The notes: generated by a model not told the origin, from the letters alone. Numbered from the stretch's first letter, positions 40,778 to 51,096 are shown. The stretch is 64,000 nucleotides of DNA from Candidatus Omnitrophota bacterium (GCA_026387335.1 JAPLLX010000004.1:255045-319044); one strand, 5' to 3'. Program-made: numbers and translations.

Positions 40778-41852
40778 TGAATTCCGTTCTCCCCGGCTGG
40801 TTGAGAAAATCGCCGCTAAGATTACCGCGCTAAACCCCGGGAAGAATATTAATATTATGGAAGTCTGCGGAACGCATACGCATAATTTCTTCCGTTTCGG
40901 GTTAAATAAGCTCTTACCTAAAAATATAAGATTAATTTCCGGGCCGGGTTGCCCGGTTTGCGTAAGCCCGCAGGCCTACATTGATGCCGCTATTGAACTA
41001 GCCAAAAACAAAAATATCATTATCGCTACTTTCGGCGATATGCTGCGCATACCCGGAAGCGCGTCCAGCCTGGAAAAAGAAAAAGCGAAATCCGGAAACG
41101 TGGTTGTGGTATACTCTCCACTGGACGCGGTTAGATTGGCTGCCGCTAATCCGGATAAAAAAATAGTATTTTTAGCGGTAGGGTTTGAGACTACCGCTCC
41201 GGCAATAGCCTTAAGCGTCCTGGCCGCCAAAAATGGTAAGCTCAAGAATATCTCTTTTTTTTCCGCGTTAAAACTGATCCCGGCGGCTATTGCTTATTTA
41301 TTGCTGGATAAACGGCTTAAAATAGACGGCTTTTTGTGCCCCGGGCATGTCTCAGCAATCATCGGGACAAAAGATTACGCATTTATCCCGAAAAAATACC
41401 AGATAGCTTGTTGCGTTACGGGATTTGAGCCGGTGGATATTTTGGAAGGGGTATATATGATCCTTGAGCAGATAGTCCGGCATAAACCCTATGTCGCCAA
41501 TCAATATTTGCGCATAGTCACTAAGGCGGGGAATACAAAAGCCAAGAAAATAATGAAGAGGGTTTTTAAAATAAGCGATTCTAACTGGCGCGGTTTTGGG
41601 ATAATAGCGGATAGCGGCCTGGAGTTAAGAAAAGAATTTGCGAGCTTGAACACCGCGCAAGTTTTTCCTCTCCGCTTAAAGAGCAAATCAAAATTCGCCA
41701 GGCTTTGCAGATGCGCGGATATCTTAAAGGGGCTTATTTCCCCGACCAGCTGCTTATTGTTTGCTCGCCGCTGCAGACCGGATAGCCCAATAGGCCCGTG
41801 TATGGTTTCAAGTGAGGGCGCGTGTAATGCTTATTACAGGTTCAGGAACTAA
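40764..41852 (+). CDS. hypD: Hydrogenase maturation protein HypD
   Basis: MEVCGTHT, GPGCPVC, GFETT, PGHVS, GPCMVSSEGAC. Confidence 0.97.
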   Translation: MKYVDEFRSPRLVEKIAAKITALNPGKNINIMEVCGTHTHNFFRFGLNKLLPKNIRLISGPGCPVCVSPQAYIDAAIELAKNKNIIIATFGDMLRIPGSASSLEKEKAKSGNVVVVYSPLDAVRLAAANPDKKIVFLAVGFETTAPAIALSVLAAKNGKLKNISFFSALKLIPAAIAYLLLDKRLKIDGFLCPGHVSAIIGTKDYAFIPKKYQIACCVTGFEPVDILEGVYMILEQIVRHKPYVANQYLRIVTKAGNTKAKKIMKRVFKISDSNWRGFGIIADSGLELRKEFASLNTAQVFPLRLKSKSKFARLCRCADILKGLISPTSCLLFARRCRPDSPIGPCMVSSEGACNAYYRFRN

Positions 41853-41868
41853 GAAAGGTAACTAAGGT

Positions 41869-43839
41869 ATGCCTAAAAGCGACTATTTAGGAAAAGAAAA
41901 ACGCCGGTACGTACGTTTAGATACGGTCTTTCCGGTACAATTCTATTTGATTAGCCTTGATGGAAAAAGCACTTTATCCGCAGAGTTGCAGGGCTTTACT
42001 AACAATTTGAGTAAGGGCGGGATATGTTTGTCTGTGCATAACCTGGATTCCCAATCAGCGCAATTGCTCAAAGAACACAAGGCAAATATCTCTTTAATCA
42101 TAGATATACCTATTGCCAAAAAACCTATCCGCGCGGTAGCTTGCGCGGCCTGGTTAAAAGAAGATCTTACGAGCGGCAATAAATGTTACATCGGTCTGCA
42201 TTATGAGTTTATTGATAAGGCCGCTAATAGCAAGCTGATGCGTTATGCTTGGGGCAGGAAGTTATTTATCCCGGTTGCTTTAACGGCGATTATTTTATTA
42301 GGGTTGGTCCTGGCCTTAAACAGTTTTATAAATAATAAACTGGAAGAAGGGAATAGGGCTCTGGTCCGCAAGCTCGCCAGTGTTATCCAGGAGGCCGGTC
42401 TAGCCAAGCAAAAAATAAAGGATGTCAGCCAGGAGAAAGAAAGTTTACAGGGTCAGATCCAGGGGTTAGAGTCGCGGATTAAGGCAACCGAAGATGAGCG
42501 GGCTAAGTTTAAGGATAATACCAGCGTTGAAATCACCGAGCAATCCCGGAAGATATCGGAAAAATCCCAGAAGATAAATGAATTTAATATCTTGCTCCGG
42601 CAGTTATCTCAGGAAAAAGAGAGCCTTAAACAACAGCTGGCCTCGGTTAAGATCAAAGAGAGCGTTATATCCGAAGAGCTTTTTCTAATAGATAAAAAGA
42701 AAGCGACATTAGAAAAGGCGAATCTGGATAATATGTACCAATGGATAAAGGTGCATCAGAATCCGCGCACCGGGTTAGTCATGAGCTTTGAGGGTGACAG
42801 CGATATAAGCGAATGGGCGTTTATATATGACCAATCCCTGGCTGCGCAGGCTTTTACCAACTTCGGAGATTTTGAGCGCGCGCAAAAAATGCTGGATTTT
42901 TTTAGTAACAAGGCCAAGAGAAAAGACGGTTTATTGATGAACGCTTATTATGTTAATGACGGCACTCCCGCGGAATTTATAGTGCATAGCGGGCCCAACC
43001 TGTGGCTGGGTATTGCCATAGCCCAGTATACCCATAAGACTAAGGATAGAAAATATCTTAATCTGGCCGAAGATATCGCCGGAGGTATTATTAGCCTGCA
43101 GAACCAGGATAAAGACGGTGGCCTGCGCGGCGGCCCGAGCGTAGAGTGGTATGCTACGGAGCATAACCTGGATGCCTATGCGTTTTTTAATATGCTATAT
43201 AGCCTGACGAATAATCAAAAATATCTTGCTGCGCGCGATAAGATCCTTGGTTGGTTAGTCAAGCATACCTATGATAAAATGGATATACCGGTTAAACGCG
43301 GCAGGGGTGATTCCACTATAGCTACAGATACTTATGCCTGGTCGATTGCGGCTATAGGCCCACAGAAGCTCAAAGATTTAGGAATGAGCCCGGAGAGGAT
43401 TATGGAGTTTGCCGAAAATACCTGCGTAGCCGAGGTTGCTTATACCAAGCCCGATGGCCAGAGAGTCAGGATAAAGGGTTTTGATTTCGCGCCTCAAAAG
43501 CACGTGGCCCGCGGCGGGGTGGTTTCGTCAGAATGGACCGCGCAAATGGTCATTTCGTTTAAGATAATGGCGGATTATTACCTAAAGAAAGGAATGAGCG
43601 CTAAAGGGAATGATTATCAGCTGAAAGCGGATGAATACCTTTCTTCTTTAGGGAATATGATTATATCCAGCCCTTCTCCGTCGGGCCAGGGGGAGAGCTG
43701 CCTTCCTTACGCCAGCCAGGATTTCGTAGATACGGGGCACGGCTGGTTTACTCCCAAGGGTAAAGATACCGGTTCGGTTTCCGGGACCGCGTACACGATT
43801 TTCGCCTACTATAACTACAATCCCCTGGAATTTAAGTGA
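41869..43839 (+). CDS. PilZ-TM-coiled-coil protein with a C-terminal six-hairpin glycosidase-like domain
   Basis: RRYVR and NLSKGG PilZ motifs; one TM; coiled coil; FIYDQSL, TEHNLDAY, SSEWTAQ, LPYAS. Confidence 0.7.
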   Translation: MPKSDYLGKEKRRYVRLDTVFPVQFYLISLDGKSTLSAELQGFTNNLSKGGICLSVHNLDSQSAQLLKEHKANISLIIDIPIAKKPIRAVACAAWLKEDLTSGNKCYIGLHYEFIDKAANSKLMRYAWGRKLFIPVALTAIILLGLVLALNSFINNKLEEGNRALVRKLASVIQEAGLAKQKIKDVSQEKESLQGQIQGLESRIKATEDERAKFKDNTSVEITEQSRKISEKSQKINEFNILLRQLSQEKESLKQQLASVKIKESVISEELFLIDKKKATLEKANLDNMYQWIKVHQNPRTGLVMSFEGDSDISEWAFIYDQSLAAQAFTNFGDFERAQKMLDFFSNKAKRKDGLLMNAYYVNDGTPAEFIVHSGPNLWLGIAIAQYTHKTKDRKYLNLAEDIAGGIISLQNQDKDGGLRGGPSVEWYATEHNLDAYAFFNMLYSLTNNQKYLAARDKILGWLVKHTYDKMDIPVKRGRGDSTIATDTYAWSIAAIGPQKLKDLGMSPERIMEFAENTCVAEVAYTKPDGQRVRIKGFDFAPQKHVARGGVVSSEWTAQMVISFKIMADYYLKKGMSAKGNDYQLKADEYLSSLGNMIISSPSPSGQGESCLPYASQDFVDTGHGWFTPKGKDTGSVSGTAYTIFAYYNYNPLEFK

Positions 43840-44474
43840 GAAACAGATTAGGCTTAATTTACAGTAAGCTGCATTCCCATTTCGGGCCGCAACATTGGTG
43901 GCCGGCAGAGAGCCCTTTTGAGGTCATGGTCGGCGCGATCCTTACCCAGAATACCAGCTGGCAAAATGTAGAGAAGGCGATAGCCAATTTAAAAAAACAC
44001 CAAGTATTAAACCCGCGTAAAATTTATAATTTACCGCAGGCTAAACTCGCTCGCTTAATACGCAGCACCGGCTACTATAATCTAAAAGCCAGGCGCCTGA
44101 AAGAGTTCTTGAAGTTTTTTATCAATGAATATGCTGCGAGCGTAAAAAAAATTTCTCAGGCCAAGTCCGGTTCTCTGCGTAAAGAGCTGCTTATGGTAAA
44201 AGGAATAGGCCCGGAAACAGCGGATTCAATCTTGCTTTATGCTTTAAACAAACCCGTTTTTGTCATTGACGCCTACACTAAAAGGATATTCTCCCGCCAT
44301 AAATTACTGCCGCCGGACTGCGCTTATCCGCAAGCGCAAGGTTTATTTATGTCGGGGTTAAAAAAGGACGCGCGATTATTTAATGAATACCACGCTCTTC
44401 TGGTAGCGTTGGCCAAAGCCTATTGCCGTAAGTCCAAACCCAAATGTTCTGTTTGCCCACTGGATTTTCTCTGA
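43836..44474 (+). CDS. Endonuclease III-related HhH-GPD protein
   Basis: WWPAESPFEV..GAILTQNTSW, GIGPETADSILLYA, C-terminal Cys cluster. Confidence 0.9.
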   Translation: MRNRLGLIYSKLHSHFGPQHWWPAESPFEVMVGAILTQNTSWQNVEKAIANLKKHQVLNPRKIYNLPQAKLARLIRSTGYYNLKARRLKEFLKFFINEYAASVKKISQAKSGSLRKELLMVKGIGPETADSILLYALNKPVFVIDAYTKRIFSRHKLLPPDCAYPQAQGLFMSGLKKDARLFNEYHALLVALAKAYCRKSKPKCSVCPLDFL

Positions 44475-44507
44475 TATTTTGTTATAATAAGATTAGAGTA
44501 ATTTAAG

Positions 44508-45614
44508 ATGATTAATAAAACACGCCTTATCAGTCTTACCCGTAAGCTTATCCGGATAAATTCTGAAAATCCTCTCCGTGATGAACGTAGAATAGCTGAG
44601 TTTGTGCAGGCCTATCTTAAAAGGCTAGGGTTTAAGACCAGGATTTATGAATTTAAGGCCAGGCGCTCTAACGTGGTGGCGTATTTAGAGAGCCCCGGAA
44701 GCAAGCATGCGTTGCTTATTACGCCGCACCTGGATACTGTCCCCGCCGGAAAGAATTGGAAATTCAATCCTTTTACGGGCAAGATAGCCAACGGCAGGAT
44801 TTACGGCTTAGGCGCGACCGATTGTAAAGGTAATCTGGCTTGCGCTATGGAAGCGATAAACAGCCTAGTTCAAGACGGAAGAGTTTTGGGTTATAACCTT
44901 ATATTTGCGGCTACTGCCGATGAAGAGAGCGGCTCAGGCTTAGGGTTGATCCCGCTTTTGGATAAGAAGATCTTAAAGCCCGACGCCGCGTTAGTCTTGG
45001 ACTGCGAAGATTTTGAAATCATTGTTGCGCAGAAAGGTCTTATACATCTTAAAGTTAAGATAGAGGGCAAAAGAGCTCACGGTGCCTATCCTCATCTGGG
45101 TACTAATGCCATTGACCTGGCCCTGGAAGTTATAAGACAGATAAAAAACTACAAAAAAAACCCTACGGTCAATGTTGGCACAATCAGGGGAGGAGATAAG
45201 GTGAATGTTGTGGCTGACTGGTGCGAATTTGAACTGGATTTCAGGTTCTTGCCGGGAATGCGGCCGAAAGATATAATAAGCCGGCTTAAAAGTATTTTAA
45301 AGAAATACACAAAAAAATACAAAATAGAAATTGCCGGGATCCAGCAGCCTTATCAAATATCCGAAAAGCACCCTTTAGTCGGTTATTTAAAAAAGGCGAT
45401 GGCCAGCCAAAAAATTACGCCGGCCATAGAAGGCTCCGCGGGAGCGACGGTAATCACCTTTTTTCAGCATAAAAACATTCCGGCAATCGCCTCGGGATTC
45501 GGCTCAAGCGGGCAGGCGCATACCCGTAATGAATATGTAAAGATTGATAATCTTTACCGGGGCGCGCAAGTTTTAGAAAAATTTCTTACGGACTATTTAT
45601 CAAAGGAGCGATGA
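44508..45614 (+). CDS. M20 metallopeptidase (ArgE/DapE family)
   Basis: HLDTVP, GLGATDCKG, ADEE, AHTRNEYV. Confidence 0.88.
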   Translation: MINKTRLISLTRKLIRINSENPLRDERRIAEFVQAYLKRLGFKTRIYEFKARRSNVVAYLESPGSKHALLITPHLDTVPAGKNWKFNPFTGKIANGRIYGLGATDCKGNLACAMEAINSLVQDGRVLGYNLIFAATADEESGSGLGLIPLLDKKILKPDAALVLDCEDFEIIVAQKGLIHLKVKIEGKRAHGAYPHLGTNAIDLALEVIRQIKNYKKNPTVNVGTIRGGDKVNVVADWCEFELDFRFLPGMRPKDIISRLKSILKKYTKKYKIEIAGIQQPYQISEKHPLVGYLKKAMASQKITPAIEGSAGATVITFFQHKNIPAIASGFGSSGQAHTRNEYVKIDNLYRGAQVLEKFLTDYLSKER

Positions 45615-46582
45615 TGGAAGGGATTAAAATTCTTAAAAGGCCGCGCTTAAAAAAACCGTATCTTATTGTTGCTTGGCCGGGGATGGGAGAAGTAGCTTTT
45701 AAGGCCGCCTCTTACCTTGTAGAGCAATTAAAGGCGCAGGAGTTCGCTTCTATAAACCCTGAGGATTTCTTTTATCTGGCCGGAAGCGTAGTCAAGGATG
45801 GTTTATTAAACGTGCCGCTTCTTCCGGAGAGTAAATTTTATTTCTGGAAGAATAAAGAAGGCAAAAATGACCTGATTATCTTTTTAAGCAATGCCCAGCC
45901 GGATTTAGCCCGGGCGGAAAGCTATTCCAAGATAATTATCCAGGTAGCTAAGAATCTGAAGACGGAGAAGGTGATTAGTTTTGCTTCTATGCCCCTGGCT
46001 GTTGACCATACTCAGGATTCCGGAGTATGGTTTGCCGCTACTTCGCCGGATTTAAACAATAGCCTTAAAAAATTACATCTGAATAGTTTAAAAGAGGGCC
46101 AAATCAGCGGCATGAACGGTCTCTTTTTGGGTATGGCTAAGAGAGAGGGGCTGGAGGGCGTCTGCCTTTTAGGCGAAATCCCGCTTTATACCATTCAGAT
46201 TGAAAATCCTAAAGCATCTGCCGCCGTCCTAAGCGCCTTAGCCATGATCATAGGTATACATATTGAGACATCCGGACTTATCGCGCAGGCGCAGACTATG
46301 GAAGAAGAGATCAATAAACTTTTAGAATTTTTAAAACTCGCTCCCGCCGCCGCGCAGCCGATCGGCGAAGAGGATATAGAAAAAATAAAAAAGACCTTAA
46401 ACCAGCTTACCAAGCTGCCTGTTTCCATAAAGGAGAGAATAGAGCAGCTTTTCTCTGAGGCCAAGACAGAGATCTCCAAGGCCAGAGAGTTAAAAGTTGA
46501 GCTGGATAAGTGGAGTGTTTATAAAGAATATGAAGACAGGTTTCTGGATTTGTTTAAAAAGACCGGCGAAAAAAATAATTGA
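45611..46582 (+). CDS. PAC2 (proteasome assembly chaperone-like) family protein
   Basis: AWPGMGEVA, ISGMNGLFLG, CLLGEIP...NPKAS. Confidence 0.8.
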   Translation: MMEGIKILKRPRLKKPYLIVAWPGMGEVAFKAASYLVEQLKAQEFASINPEDFFYLAGSVVKDGLLNVPLLPESKFYFWKNKEGKNDLIIFLSNAQPDLARAESYSKIIIQVAKNLKTEKVISFASMPLAVDHTQDSGVWFAATSPDLNNSLKKLHLNSLKEGQISGMNGLFLGMAKREGLEGVCLLGEIPLYTIQIENPKASAAVLSALAMIIGIHIETSGLIAQAQTMEEEINKLLEFLKLAPAAAQPIGEEDIEKIKKTLNQLTKLPVSIKERIEQLFSEAKTEISKARELKVELDKWSVYKEYEDRFLDLFKKTGEKNN

Positions 46583-47205
46583 TGGCTGAGAGCATAGAAG
46601 TAGTTTTGTTGGATTTAGGCAATGTCCTGGTTGATTTTGATTATAGAATCAGCGCTAAAAGAATTTCGCATTTTTGCGCCAAGTCCCCGGAAGATATCAT
46701 TAAACTCTTTTTTTCATCCGCGGCCACGCTTTCTTTTGAAAAGGGTGAGATCTCTCCTCAAGATTTTTTTGGCCAGGTCAAAGAGATGTTGGGTCTAAAA
46801 CTCTCTTACGAAGCCTTTGTCCCGATCTGGAACGAGGTTTTTTTCTTAAGCGCGAAAAACCGCGGTGTTTTTAGCCTGGTTAACTATTTAAGAGAGTATT
46901 ATAAGGTAGCCCTGATTTCTAATACCAATATTTTGCACTACGAGTATTTAAAAAAACATTTTCCCGTATTTAATATTTTTCATAATGTATTTGTATCCTG
47001 CGAATTAGGATTAATTAAGCCGGACCATTTGATTTATCAAAAAGTGCTCCAAACTCTGAATGTCCCGGCGCAGAGAGTATTTTATACCGACGATAGAATA
47101 GACCTGGTCCAAAGCGCTAAAGAATTGGGGATTAAGGCTTTTGTTTTTAGCGGAGTCCGGCGGCTTAAGGCCGATTTGTTAAGCTTGAATATTACCGTTA
47201 ACTAA
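46582..47205 (+). CDS. HAD-family phosphatase
   Basis: DLGNVLVD, ISNTN, KPD..IY, YTDD. Confidence 0.9.
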   Translation: MAESIEVVLLDLGNVLVDFDYRISAKRISHFCAKSPEDIIKLFFSSAATLSFEKGEISPQDFFGQVKEMLGLKLSYEAFVPIWNEVFFLSAKNRGVFSLVNYLREYYKVALISNTNILHYEYLKKHFPVFNIFHNVFVSCELGLIKPDHLIYQKVLQTLNVPAQRVFYTDDRIDLVQSAKELGIKAFVFSGVRRLKADLLSLNITVN

Positions 47206-47206
47206 T

Positions 47207-48214
47207 ATGCTGACCAAAAGAATATTGCTTGGGCACGGAAGCGGCGGAAGACTGACCCATAACCTCATAAAAGAGGTCTTGCTTAAGAAGTTAAATAATC
47301 CCATCCTTAGGGAACTCTCCGATAGCGCCGTCATCGACTATAAAGAAAAAATCGCTTTTACCACGGATTCTTTTGTAGTCAGCCCGTTATTTTTCCCCGG
47401 CGGGGATATTGGAAAACTGGCGGTAACCGGCACGCTAAATGACCTGGTCATGCTGGGGGCTATCCCGGAGTATCTTTCTTTAGCTTTAATTATGGAAGAA
47501 GGGCTTGATCAGGCTATTTTAGAAAAGATAATTTCTTCCATATCTTTTTACGCCAAAAAATCCGGGGTCAGCATTGTTACCGGAGATACGAAAGTAGTAG
47601 AGAGAGGCGCCGTAGATAAATTATTTATCAACACCTCCGGGATAGGCCGGCTTGTATCCACGAAAAGGCTTTGTTTAAAAAATATCGCGCCGCGGGATTT
47701 AATCATCATCACCGGTAATATCGCCGAGCACGGCTTAAGCGTGTTGGCTAAAAGAAAGGAACTGGATTTAGGATTTAACATTAAAAGCGATTGCAATCCT
47801 TTAAACGGATTAATCATCCCGCTTTTAAAAAAATGCCCGGGAGTAAAATTTATGCGCGACCCCACCCGCGGAGGTGTCGCTACAACCTTAAATGAAGTCG
47901 CCGAGGGTACAAATCTGGGCGTAGTCATCAACGAGAAAGATATTCCGGTTTCCGCAAAGGTCAGGGTTGCCTGCGAGCTATTAGGCATAGACCCCTTATA
48001 TGTCGCTAACGAAGGAAAAGCGTTATTAGTGGTTGATCCTAAAGAGGCCGCTAGAATCGTCCGTTTTTTACGAAGGCACCCGTTAGGCCGCCGCTCAAAA
48101 ATCATCGGCGAAATAGTCAAAGAACCCCAGGGCAGGTTATTACTGCGTACTGTTTTTAACGCGGAACGCGTTTTAGATATGTTGACCGCGCAAACTTTAC
48201 CGAGGATATGTTAA
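47207..48214 (+). CDS. hypE: Hydrogenase maturation protein HypE
   Basis: HGSGG, FTTDSFVV, MRDPTRGG, C-terminal PRIC. Confidence 0.97.
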   Translation: MLTKRILLGHGSGGRLTHNLIKEVLLKKLNNPILRELSDSAVIDYKEKIAFTTDSFVVSPLFFPGGDIGKLAVTGTLNDLVMLGAIPEYLSLALIMEEGLDQAILEKIISSISFYAKKSGVSIVTGDTKVVERGAVDKLFINTSGIGRLVSTKRLCLKNIAPRDLIIITGNIAEHGLSVLAKRKELDLGFNIKSDCNPLNGLIIPLLKKCPGVKFMRDPTRGGVATTLNEVAEGTNLGVVINEKDIPVSAKVRVACELLGIDPLYVANEGKALLVVDPKEAARIVRFLRRHPLGRRSKIIGEIVKEPQGRLLLRTVFNAERVLDMLTAQTLPRIC

Positions 48215-48215
48215 A

Positions 48216-48953
48216 ATGAAATCATCCAGATATATGCGGCGATTCTATCGTGATTGGGCCAAGGCCAAAGAACTTTATTCTACGCGGGTGACTGCGAAAG
48301 AAACAGACTTGCAGATTTTTACCAATAAGCCCTTAAAACCGGATTTTGTTGAAGAGAGGATACGCTCTTACCGCTGGGATATAGAAAATTACATCAACAA
48401 AGACCACCGCTTCCTTACCGCCTTAAAACCTATCCCCGTTGAAATCAACGCCGCCTTAATCGTAAAAGATATGAGCAAGCAGGCGCAAATGGCGAATGTC
48501 GGTCCGATGAGCACCGTTGCCGGAGCAATCGCCGAATTTCTGGGCAAGGATTTATTAAAAGCCGGATACAAAGAAGTGATTATAGAAAACGGAGGGGACA
48601 TCTTCTTAAAAACCCGTAAGACCCGTCGGGTCGGCGTATATGTGGGCCGTTCAAAATTGTGGAACAAGTTGCAGTTAGAGATAAAACCCAAAGATACGCC
48701 TTTAGGTATTTGCACGTCTTCGGGTACGATCGGCCATTCTTTAAGCTTTGGTTGCGCTGACAGCGTAGTGATTATTTCTAAGAGCGCTTCATTAGCTGAT
48801 GCCGTAGCTACCGCGACAGCTAACCGCATAAATTCTAAAGAAGATTTACAGAGGGCTTTGGACTTTGCGCGCTCCATTAAAGGAGTTTTAGGAGTAGTCA
48901 TTATTTTAAAGAATAATCTGATGACCTGGGGAAAGGTGGAATTTGTCCGTTAA
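48216..48953 (+). CDS. UPF0280/ApbE-like protein
   Basis: VGPMSTVAGAIAE, ENGGDI, GICTSSGTIGHSLSFG, LADAVATA. Confidence 0.88.
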   Translation: MKSSRYMRRFYRDWAKAKELYSTRVTAKETDLQIFTNKPLKPDFVEERIRSYRWDIENYINKDHRFLTALKPIPVEINAALIVKDMSKQAQMANVGPMSTVAGAIAEFLGKDLLKAGYKEVIIENGGDIFLKTRKTRRVGVYVGRSKLWNKLQLEIKPKDTPLGICTSSGTIGHSLSFGCADSVVIISKSASLADAVATATANRINSKEDLQRALDFARSIKGVLGVVIILKNNLMTWGKVEFVR

Positions 48954-48958
48954 ATTTC

Positions 48959-49013
48959 TTGACAAGTACAGTATATTGTGATAAAAAAACATTATAAATA
49001 CAATATTTAGCGT
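48959..49013 (+). promoter_or_regulatory. Promoter overlapped by two NrdR-box-like sites
   Basis: TTGACA at 48959; GTACAGTATATTGTGA (48966-48981) and ATACAATATTTAGCGT (48998-49013), 32 bp apart. Confidence 0.55.
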
Positions 49014-49065
49014 AATCTTTTAGGAGGTATTAAACTTAAATTGGAAAAATAGGCGTAAGTAGGAG

Positions 49066-49095
49066 GGCTCTTTAGCAGATTAAGAGCCTTTTTTT
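49066..49095 (+). terminator. Terminator-like hairpin in the operon leader
   Basis: GGCTCTT-9 nt-AAGAGCC + T7, ending 8 nt before ATG 49104. Confidence 0.6.
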
Positions 49096-49103
49096 ATAAT
49101 AAT

Positions 49104-50090
49104 ATGAAAATAGTCGGATTAACCTACGATTTAAGGACAGATTACCAGTTTAAAGAAGGCGATCCTCTGGATGCCAACGCCGAATTTGACCATCCTTCAA
49201 CTATCGACGTTATTGCTGACGCCATTGCGGCCAACGGTTTTAAAGTAGAACGCATCGGGAATGCCGGAAATCTTCTGGATAAGATCTCTTCTTTAAAAGT
49301 AGATATAGTCTTTAATATTTCCGAAGGTCTTACCGGAAGGAACCGGGAATCACAGGTCCCTATTCTGCTGGAAATGGCCGGTATCCCATTTGTGGGAGCA
49401 GACGCCTTGACCCTGGGCCTGACTTTAGATAAGGTGATGGCCAAGAAGATTTTTATCTCCGAGAAGATTCCCACCCCGAAATTTTTTGAAGTCAGTTCGG
49501 TCGGCGAGCTGACCAATCTTAACCATCATAAGTTCCCGTTAATAGTCAAGCCGCGCTTTGAGGGTTCTTCCAAGGGTTTAAGCGAGAGTTCCCGGGTAGA
49601 AACCAGAGAAGAGTTGGCTAAGCAGGTTGAGTATGTTATAAGCGCCTATAAACAACCGGCATTAGTGGAAGAATTTATCTCCGGCCAGGAGTTCACCGTA
49701 GCTTTAGTCGGAAACGATCCGGTTGAAGTCCTTCCGATTGTCCAGATCAAGATTGACGGGAGGTTAAAATTAAACGACAAGTTCTATACTTTTGCCCGGA
49801 TCACTTCGGATAGATTAGAATATATCTGTCCCGCGAAGATCTCCAAGGAGTTAAAGAAAACAATCGACAAGTTGGCCCTAAAGACTTATAAGTCGGTAGA
49901 GTGCCGGGATTTCGGCCGGGTGGATTTCCGCGTGGATAATGAAGGCAATCCTTATGTCTTAGAGATTAACCCTCTGCCCTCACTTTCTACGGAAGATGTA
50001 TTTATGCTGTTGGCGAAAAATATCGGCATAACTTATGAGCAGATGATCGGGAAAATCTTAAACAGCGCGATCAAGAGGCATAATCTTTAA
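49104..50090 (+). CDS. D-Ala-D-Ala ligase-like ATP-grasp protein 1
   Basis: LDKVMAK, LIVKPRFEGSSKG, LVEEFISGQE, RVDFR, LEINPLP. Confidence 0.88.
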   Translation: MKIVGLTYDLRTDYQFKEGDPLDANAEFDHPSTIDVIADAIAANGFKVERIGNAGNLLDKISSLKVDIVFNISEGLTGRNRESQVPILLEMAGIPFVGADALTLGLTLDKVMAKKIFISEKIPTPKFFEVSSVGELTNLNHHKFPLIVKPRFEGSSKGLSESSRVETREELAKQVEYVISAYKQPALVEEFISGQEFTVALVGNDPVEVLPIVQIKIDGRLKLNDKFYTFARITSDRLEYICPAKISKELKKTIDKLALKTYKSVECRDFGRVDFRVDNEGNPYVLEINPLPSLSTEDVFMLLAKNIGITYEQMIGKILNSAIKRHNL

Positions 50091-50094
50091 TAAA

Positions 50095-51096
50095 ATGAAA
50101 ATAGCTTTGACTTATAACCTGAAGCAAAAAGACGAAAGCAAACCGGCGGATTATTTTTCGGAGTGCGACAGCGCGGATACGATCAACGCGATTACCAACG
50201 CTATCCGAAAAAAAGGCCATGATGTTGAAGCTATAGACGTGGAATACCCAAAGCTGCTCTCTTATTTCCGAAAAAATTCCGTGGATATGGTTTTTAATAT
50301 TGCCGAGGGCAAATCCGGGAAGTTCCGCGAATCGGAAGTGCCGGCAATCCTGGATTATCTGAATATCCCCTATACAGGCTCGGATACCTTCTCCCTAGCT
50401 TTAGCTTTAAATAAAGCCATTACCAAAAAAATCCTCAAAGCGGAAAATATCCCCACGCCGAATTTTCAACTTTTCATAAAAGGAAACGAAGAGCTGGATC
50501 CAGCGTTAAGGTTCCCATTAATAGTCAAGCCGAATTGCGAGGGTTCCGCCAAAGGTATCTCTAAGGCCAATGTGGTGAGTAATTCTAAGGACCTGTATAA
50601 GAGGGTGAGAGAGACGTTAGAAGTTTATAATCAGGAGGCCTTAGCCGAAGAATTTATTGAAGGCAAAGAGCTTACTGTCGGGATATTAGAAAACGGCAAG
50701 ACAAAAGCCCTGCCGATTTTAGAGATAGATTTCTCTACCTGTAAGAATAGCGGAGAATATTTTTATTCCTGGAAGATGAAGGAGTATCAGGGGGATAAAG
50801 ATCTAGGGTTAGTCCCGGCCTTTCATTGCCCGGCGCGGCTGGATAAAGATATTGAGGAGCGGGTTAAAGAAGTGGCGCTGAGGACTCACCGCGCGATTGG
50901 CTGCGCGGACATCTCGCGCACCGATATCCGTTTGGATAAATTTAATGTTCCGTATGTGTTAGAGATAAACCCCTTGCCGGGATTAGACCCCAAAGAATCC
51001 AACTTTCCGATTATGGCTTACGCCGCCGGGATGAAATATGAAGATCTTATTGAGGCAATAATCTTGAGCGCCTCAGAAAGGAAAGGGCTAAATTGA
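50095..51096 (+). CDS. D-Ala-D-Ala ligase-like ATP-grasp protein 2
   Basis: LNKAITK, LIVKPNCEGSAKG, EEFIEGKE, RTDIR, LEINPLPG. Confidence 0.88.
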   Translation: MKIALTYNLKQKDESKPADYFSECDSADTINAITNAIRKKGHDVEAIDVEYPKLLSYFRKNSVDMVFNIAEGKSGKFRESEVPAILDYLNIPYTGSDTFSLALALNKAITKKILKAENIPTPNFQLFIKGNEELDPALRFPLIVKPNCEGSAKGISKANVVSNSKDLYKRVRETLEVYNQEALAEEFIEGKELTVGILENGKTKALPILEIDFSTCKNSGEYFYSWKMKEYQGDKDLGLVPAFHCPARLDKDIEERVKEVALRTHRAIGCADISRTDIRLDKFNVPYVLEINPLPGLDPKESNFPIMAYAAGMKYEDLIEAIILSASERKGLN

